A model generated the notes under the pieces. That model saw only the letters and a program-made list of their open reading frames with translations, made no database searches and was not told the origin of the DNA. From positions 224,001 to 288,000 of the forward strand of contig CAVUXE010000035.1 in assembly GCA_963745235.1 (NCBI GenBank): a stretch of DNA of 64,000 nt. Direction: 5' to 3'. A program made the translations under genes and the position numbers. The stretch is from an uncultured Spirochaetota bacterium (GTDB lineage: Bacteria; Spirochaetota; Spirochaetia; SZUA-6; Fen-1364). Positions 59,032-64,000 of this stretch are shown here, piece by piece. Each line of letters starts with the position of its first letter. Position 1 is the stretch's first letter.

Positions 59032-59078
59032 TTCCCAATGCTGGAGGTCGGGAGTTCGATTTCCCTTGCTCGCTCTTT
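59032..59078 (+). repeat. Degenerate copy of the tRNA-Gly 3' half (att site)
   Basis: Matches 51362-51406 at 42 of 45 positions, with 3 substitutions and 2 single-base insertions. Confidence 0.85.
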
Positions 59079-59209
59079 TTATGGCGACCCAGCTTGAAGC
59101 GCAGAGGTAAAGCTCGCCAGGCAACGACGGGGAGATCCGCGCCGACAGACTCGTCCATAATGAGCGCCGCGCGGCCCCCCCGCGGCCCGCCCCTTCCGTA
59201 CTCCACGGG

Positions 59210-60254
59210 TCAGGCGATTGCGCGCTTCCTCAACGCCCGGCGCTCGGCGCGAGCGGAAAGGAGACGGTTGAACACCAGCACAAGAATCAGCACCCCACCC
59301 CAGATCACGTCCCGGTAGAAGTTGGATACCTGGTTGAACATGTTGAGGCCGGACGAAAGGAACTGGAGGATCAGGATGGCGAGGGTGACGCCCGTGATCT
59401 TGCCGAAACCGCCGTTCGGATCGATGCCCCCGAGCACGGCGATGAGCACGCACTGGAGCGTGTAGGGGGCCCCGTACTCCGCCTTGGCCGAGTTGGCGCG
59501 CGCCATCATGATGAGGCCCGCGACGGAGGAGAGCAGCCCGGAGAGCAGGTAGGTGCGCCGCAGGATCGAGGCGTTGTTGAGCCCCGCGTATCGGGCGGCC
59601 TTGGGGTTGGTCCCGTAGAGGTACATGTAGGTGCCGAAGCGGGTGCGGGAGAGGAGGAGGCCGACGCCGACCGCGATCACGAGGAAGAGGATGAAGGAGA
59701 GGGGGAAGAGGTTGAAGAACTCCGTGTTGCCGATCTTCGAGTAAAGGAGGGGCAGCCGGCTCTGGGGCCGACCGTTCGTGATGCCGACCGCGATGCCCGT
59801 GTAGAGCTGCTGGGTTCCGAGGGTGGCAAGGATGGCAGGGATGTTGAATCGGGAGATCAGGATCCCCGCGAAGTAGCCGCAGGCGAGCCCCGTCGCCAGC
59901 GAGATGAGGACCGCGGCCACGATGTAGGGCAGGACCACCTGGGGCGGCGCGCCCGCGGGCACGACGCCGATGAGGAACTTCGCCGCGAGGATGGCCGAGA
60001 GATTGGCCGTGCCGACGACGCCGAGGTCGATGCCCCCGGTGATCATCGTCAAGCTGATGCCGATCGCCATGATGCCGTACTCGGGGAACTGGCGCATCAT
60101 CGAGCCGAAATTGGCGAGTGTGGGGAACAGTCCCGGCCGCAGCGCAGTCATCAGCGCGAAAACGAGGACAAGCATGACGAAGAGCCGCACAAGGTTCTGG
60201 TCGCGGCTCTTGCGAGCCTGGAGGCGCGGGGATTCCCGCGTGGGTGGTGTTCAT
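59210..60254 (-). CDS. Monosaccharide (CUT2) ABC permease, frameshift at ~60229
   Basis: MITGGIDL, YLYGTNPKAARYAG, IAVLGG. Confidence 0.9.
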
Positions 60255-61278
60255 GGCGCCTGCCTGTGCCCTTCGGGCGGGGCCGCGCTCGCGCCGCCGC
60301 TTCGTGGTGATCTGCCGAGCGGTGACCCCCGTGCCGATGATGATGACCGCGCCGGTGAAGACGCGGGTCCAGTAGGTCGGTATGCCCATCAGGATGAGGC
60401 TGTTTGCGAGGATGATCACCAGGGCGACGCCGAGCGCGGTGCCCGTGAGGGTGCCGACCCCGCCCGTGACGCGGGTCCCGCCGAGCACGACCGCCGCGAT
60501 GACCGTGAGCTCCATCCCGAGCACGGTCGAGGGATCGGCGTACGCGATCATCGAGATTCGCGCGATGCCCGTGATCCCCGCGAGGACGCCGACCAGGCAG
60601 TAGAGGAACATCTTGATGGCACGAACGTTGAAGCCCGCCCGCTCCGCTGCCGCCTCGTCGCCGCCGATGGCGTAGATGCCGCGGCCGACCATCGTGTAGC
60701 GCAGCAGGAGAAAGGCCAGGGCGAAGCACGCCGACCAGGATGAGGACCTGGGAGGGCATGTTCGAGGTGAGGCCGAGCTGCGGGTTCACGGCGGTGAACA
60801 GGGTCTCTTTGCTGTGGGCGATGATGGCCGGGGGCACGTCGGACGCGCTCGCCGAGAAGGCGCCGAACATGAGGCCCGTGAAGAGACTCGCCGTGCCGAG
60901 GGTCACCACGAGTGTCGGCAGCCGGAGGAAGGCGATCAGCAACCCGTTGAGCGCCCCCATGACGAGACCGAGGCCGGCCGACATCGCGTAGGCGAGAAGG
61001 ACGCTGCCGGCGTAGTGCGACGAGAGGAGGACGCGGTCCGTCACGTACATGGCGAGGGAGGCGACGGCCGTGAAGGACACGTCGATGCCCCCCGAAACGA
61101 TGACCATCATGCAGCCGACGGAGAAGAGGCCGGGCACGATCATGGCCTGCACGAGGTCCACGAGGTTGTTGCCGGTGAAGAACTGTCCCGACCGGACCTG
61201 GATCAGGAGGCTGAGGACGACGATGGACGCCAGGACCCAGGGTTCGGACCTTCCCAGCAGCCGGCGCGGATTGATCAC
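60251..61278 (-). CDS. Monosaccharide (CUT2) ABC permease, frameshifts at ~60724 and ~60276
   Basis: SGGIDVS; GRGIYAIGGDEAAAERAG; ELTVIAAVVLGG. Confidence 0.88.
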
Positions 61279-61295
61279 CCTCGCGACCTCCCTTC

Positions 61296-62790
61296 CTACG
61301 CCACGCCGGTGGACAGCTCGCCCAGCCTCGATTCCGTCGTCGATGCCGGGTCGAGCTCCTGGACGAGGGCGCCGTCCCGCATCACGAGGATCCGGCTCGT
61401 GCAGGCGAGCACCTCCGGCAGGTCGTCCGAGACCACGATGATGGCGAGCCCGGAGGCGGCGAGCCTGCGCATCAGGGCGTGGATATCGTACTTCGAGCCG
61501 ATGTCGACGCCCATCGTGGGGCCGTTCAGTACGAGGACCTTGAGGTCGTTGGCCAACCAGCGGGCCAGGACGGCCTTCTGCTGGTTCCCGCCAGAGAGTG
61601 TCCGCACCGGGAGGGAGGGGTCCCTGGTCGCGATAGAAAGCTCGGAGATCCAGCGCGCCGTGGTCTCCGCGACGGCCTTCGTCTTGAGGAAGCCGAGCCG
61701 GGAGGAGAGCCGCGCGAGCACCGCGACCACGATGTTGCGCTCGATGGTCTGGGGTTGGAACAGACCCTCCGTGAGGCGGTCAGAGGGCACATAGCCGATG
61801 CCCCGGCGGATCGCGGCCTTGACGCTGCGCATCCGCGCCGGCCTTCCCTCGACCTGGATCGTGCCCCCGTCGGGCCTCGAGATGCCGAAGATGGTCTCGA
61901 CCAGCTCTGTCCGCCCCGATCCAAGGAGGCCGGTGATGCCGAGGATCTCGCCCGGCGAGAGGTCGAAGGAAACGTCGGCGTAGCAGCCGCGCAGCGTGAG
62001 GCCCTTCACCGACAGCACAGGCTTCCCGACCGGGCCCGCGAGGCGATAGGACTCCTCCGTAAACTCCCGGCCGGTCATGTGGAAGGCGAAGGTCTTTCGA
62101 TCGAGATCCCGCGTGCTGCCGGAGGCGGCGTTTTCCCCGCTCCTGATGATCGTGTAGCGTTCGGAGATCTCGAAGACCTCGTCGAGCTTGTGGGAGACGA
62201 AGAGGATCGAGATCCCCCGAGACTGGAGATTCTTGATTACGGCGAAGAGGGCCTTCACCTCCTTCTTGGTCAAAGCGGAGGTGGGCTCGTCCATGATGAT
62301 GAGCTTCGAGTTCTGCAGCAGTGCGCGGCAGATCGCGATGAGCTGGCGGTCCGCGACTGAGAGGTTCTCCACGCGCTCGTCGAGGTCGATATCGAAGCCG
62401 ATGAGGGAGACGGCGCGGGCAGCGATCGATCGGGCCCTGCGGTAGTTCATCAGTTTGCGGCTGTCCATGAGCTCCCTGTTGAGGGCGAGATTCTCCATCA
62501 CGCTCAGGTTGGGGAAGACGGAGAAATCCTGGTAGATGACCTGGACGCCGAGGGCGATTGCCTCCATGGGGGTGAGGCGGGAGAAGGAGCGTCCGCCGAT
62601 CTCAATTCTGCCCGCGTCGGGCTCGGTGGACGCCCGAGATCACCTTGATGAGGGTGGACTTGCCCGAGCCGTTCTCGCCCGCGAGGCAGTGAATCTCCCC
62701 CGCACCGATCTCCAGGCTCACCCCCTTGAGCGCCTGGACTCCTCCGAAGGACTTGACGATCCCCTGGACCCTCAGAACGGCATCCGACAC
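61296..62790 (-). CDS. Monosaccharide ABC ATP-binding protein (two NBDs), frameshift at ~62627
   Basis: [30 protein letters not shown]. Confidence 0.92.
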
Positions 62791-62908
62791 CTCGAGCCTC
62801 CGCGACCGCAGGGTATCATAAAAAGCGCGGACGGGAGCATCACGCCCCGCCCGCGCCCTCATGGGAAGATGGTACGGGAGTACCCGTTCGGCGATAGTAC
62901 GCCGCAGC

Positions 62909-63943
62909 CTAGAATCCGAACGTGTCAACGTTGGCCTTGTTGATCGTGATCCAGCCCTGTCCCTGGAGTACCGTGGTCGAGCCGGGCTTGAACTTCATGC
63001 TCGTCCAGCCCGGAGCCTTCAGGTTGATACCGTTGGCGACCTTCTCTCCCTTGAGGACGGCGACGGCCATCGCAAGCTGGGCATAGCCGGCGTCCCTGGG
63101 GTCCCAGAGGAGGACGCCATCAACGGTTCCGTCCTTGATGAAGGGCGCGCACTCGTTGGGCAGTCCGACCGCAGTCACGAAGGCTTTGCCCTGAAGGCCG
63201 AGCTCCTCGATGGCACGACCGGTGCCCGGGACGGAGAGCGAGGAGGTTCCGAAGATGCCCTTGAGATTGGGATACTTCTTGAAGAGCTCCTTGGCCCGCT
63301 GGTAGGCGGTGTCGAGGTTGTCCATGATCTCGACGCGCGGCTCGGCGGCGAGCAGTGTCATGCCGGGGTAATGCGCCTTCTGGTAGGCGACGCCGGCGTC
63401 GGCCCACTCGTTATGCGAGGCGTTGGTGACGTTGCCGACCATCGTCGTGTAGACGCCCTTTTCCCCCATCATCTTGGCCAGCTCCTTCATGATCGTCTGG
63501 CCGAGGCCCTCGTTCGAGAAGGCTTCGATGTCGTAGAGGCAGTTCTGCTGGGAGGCGCCCTCATGGTCGATGACCACGATGCCCTTGGAAAGGGCTTCGC
63601 CGAGCACGGGCTCAAGGGCCGAGGGATCGACCGGTACGACGCAGATGGCGTCGACGCCCTGGGCGATAAGGTCCTCGATGACCTGGGCCTGCATGGCAGC
63701 GTCGGTCTTCGGGGGTCCCTTCTGGAAGACGTTGATCCCCGTTGCCTTGGCGAACTCCTTGACGCCGACCTCCATCCGAACGAACCAGGCGTTCGTGGCG
63801 TCCTTGGGGACCAGGGCGATCTTCCATGCCGATTGCGGCTTGGAAGACTTGAACTTCATGGGATCATAGTTCTGCGCGAAGAGCGGCACCGAGAGCATGA
63901 AGACGAGCACGAGCGATACCACGAGAACCAGTGTTCGTTTCAT
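62909..63943 (-). CDS. Sugar/autoinducer-2 (LsrB/RhaS-like) ABC substrate-binding protein
   Basis: Signal peptide, IALVPK...[29 protein letters not shown]. Confidence 0.9.
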   Translation of the reverse strand: MKRTLVLVVSLVLVFMLSVPLFAQNYDPMKFKSSKPQSAWKIALVPKDATNAWFVRMEVGVKEFAKATGINVFQKGPPKTDAAMQAQVIEDLIAQGVDAICVVPVDPSALEPVLGEALSKGIVVIDHEGASQQNCLYDIEAFSNEGLGQTIMKELAKMMGEKGVYTTMVGNVTNASHNEWADAGVAYQKAHYPGMTLLAAEPRVEIMDNLDTAYQRAKELFKKYPNLKGIFGTSSLSVPGTGRAIEELGLQGKAFVTAVGLPNECAPFIKDGTVDGVLLWDPRDAGYAQLAMAVAVLKGEKVANGINLKAPGWTSMKFKPGSTTVLQGQGWITINKANVDTFGF

Positions 63944-64000
63944 CTTGTCCCTCCTTCTTCGGGTCAAAGATGGTGCGAGTCTATCATTGGCATGCACCCT

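Larger units (their letters stand above)
51362..59078. mobile_element. Degenerate genomic island integrated at tRNA-Gly
   Basis: tRNA 3' part (51362-51406) is repeated in degenerate form at 59032-59078. Contents are AT-richer and include an IS and gene remnants; no integrase seen. Confidence 0.72.

Noticed and set aside
59032-59078. Second tRNA-Gly gene
   Set aside because: No 5' half or D arm, a disrupted T stem and insertions; it is an att-type remnant.
59079-60692. 537-aa ORF suggesting a fused permease
   Set aside because: Produced by indels near 60276 and 60229; correction gives two normal permeases with an ATGA overlap at 60251-60254.

Overview
GC-rich bacterial window, almost certainly from a free-living anaerobic spirochete. 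The basis is the spirochete-like synteny murC-yicC-cmk-like kinase-rpoZ-miaA-bS22 and cdaA-cdaR-acpS-DUF2225-truA-udg-priA-def-fmt-PASTA. About 11 single-base indels split otherwise intact genes and are probably long-read errors. From left to right: (1) 1-8.5 kb, a sugar-ABC catabolic operon with an unusual Gfo/Idh/MocA-M24 peptidase fusion, a BKACE enzyme, an SCP2 protein, an SDR, FadR and an epimerase. (2) 8.5-18 kb, accessory genes (serine hydrolase, two ferredoxin-nitroreductases, STAS protein, large hybrid kinase). (3) 18.2-22 kb, a C1 operon: corrinoid protein, an HmcE/NarI-like cytochrome b with repeated periplasmic DATTSAS flavinylation-like motifs, a small Fe-S protein, metV and metF. 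This is a candidate membrane-coupled methylene-THF reductase. (4) 23-34 kb, a divergent envelope-spanning cluster (TPR protein, OM barrel, TonB on one side; barrel-8xFlgD-Ig-OmpA protein, ExbB, ExbD on the other), flanked by two cNMP-binding proteins. (5) 35-51 kb, housekeeping core with tRNA-Glu and two 31-aa basic proteins missed by the ORF track. (6) 51.3-59.1 kb, a degenerate tRNA-Gly island with a complete IS21 (7-bp target duplication, third small ORF), DUF4389, Hsp20 and an FtsH. (7) 59-64 kb, a monosaccharide/AI-2-type ABC transporter. All family assignments come from motif recognition by eye; no database searches were run.
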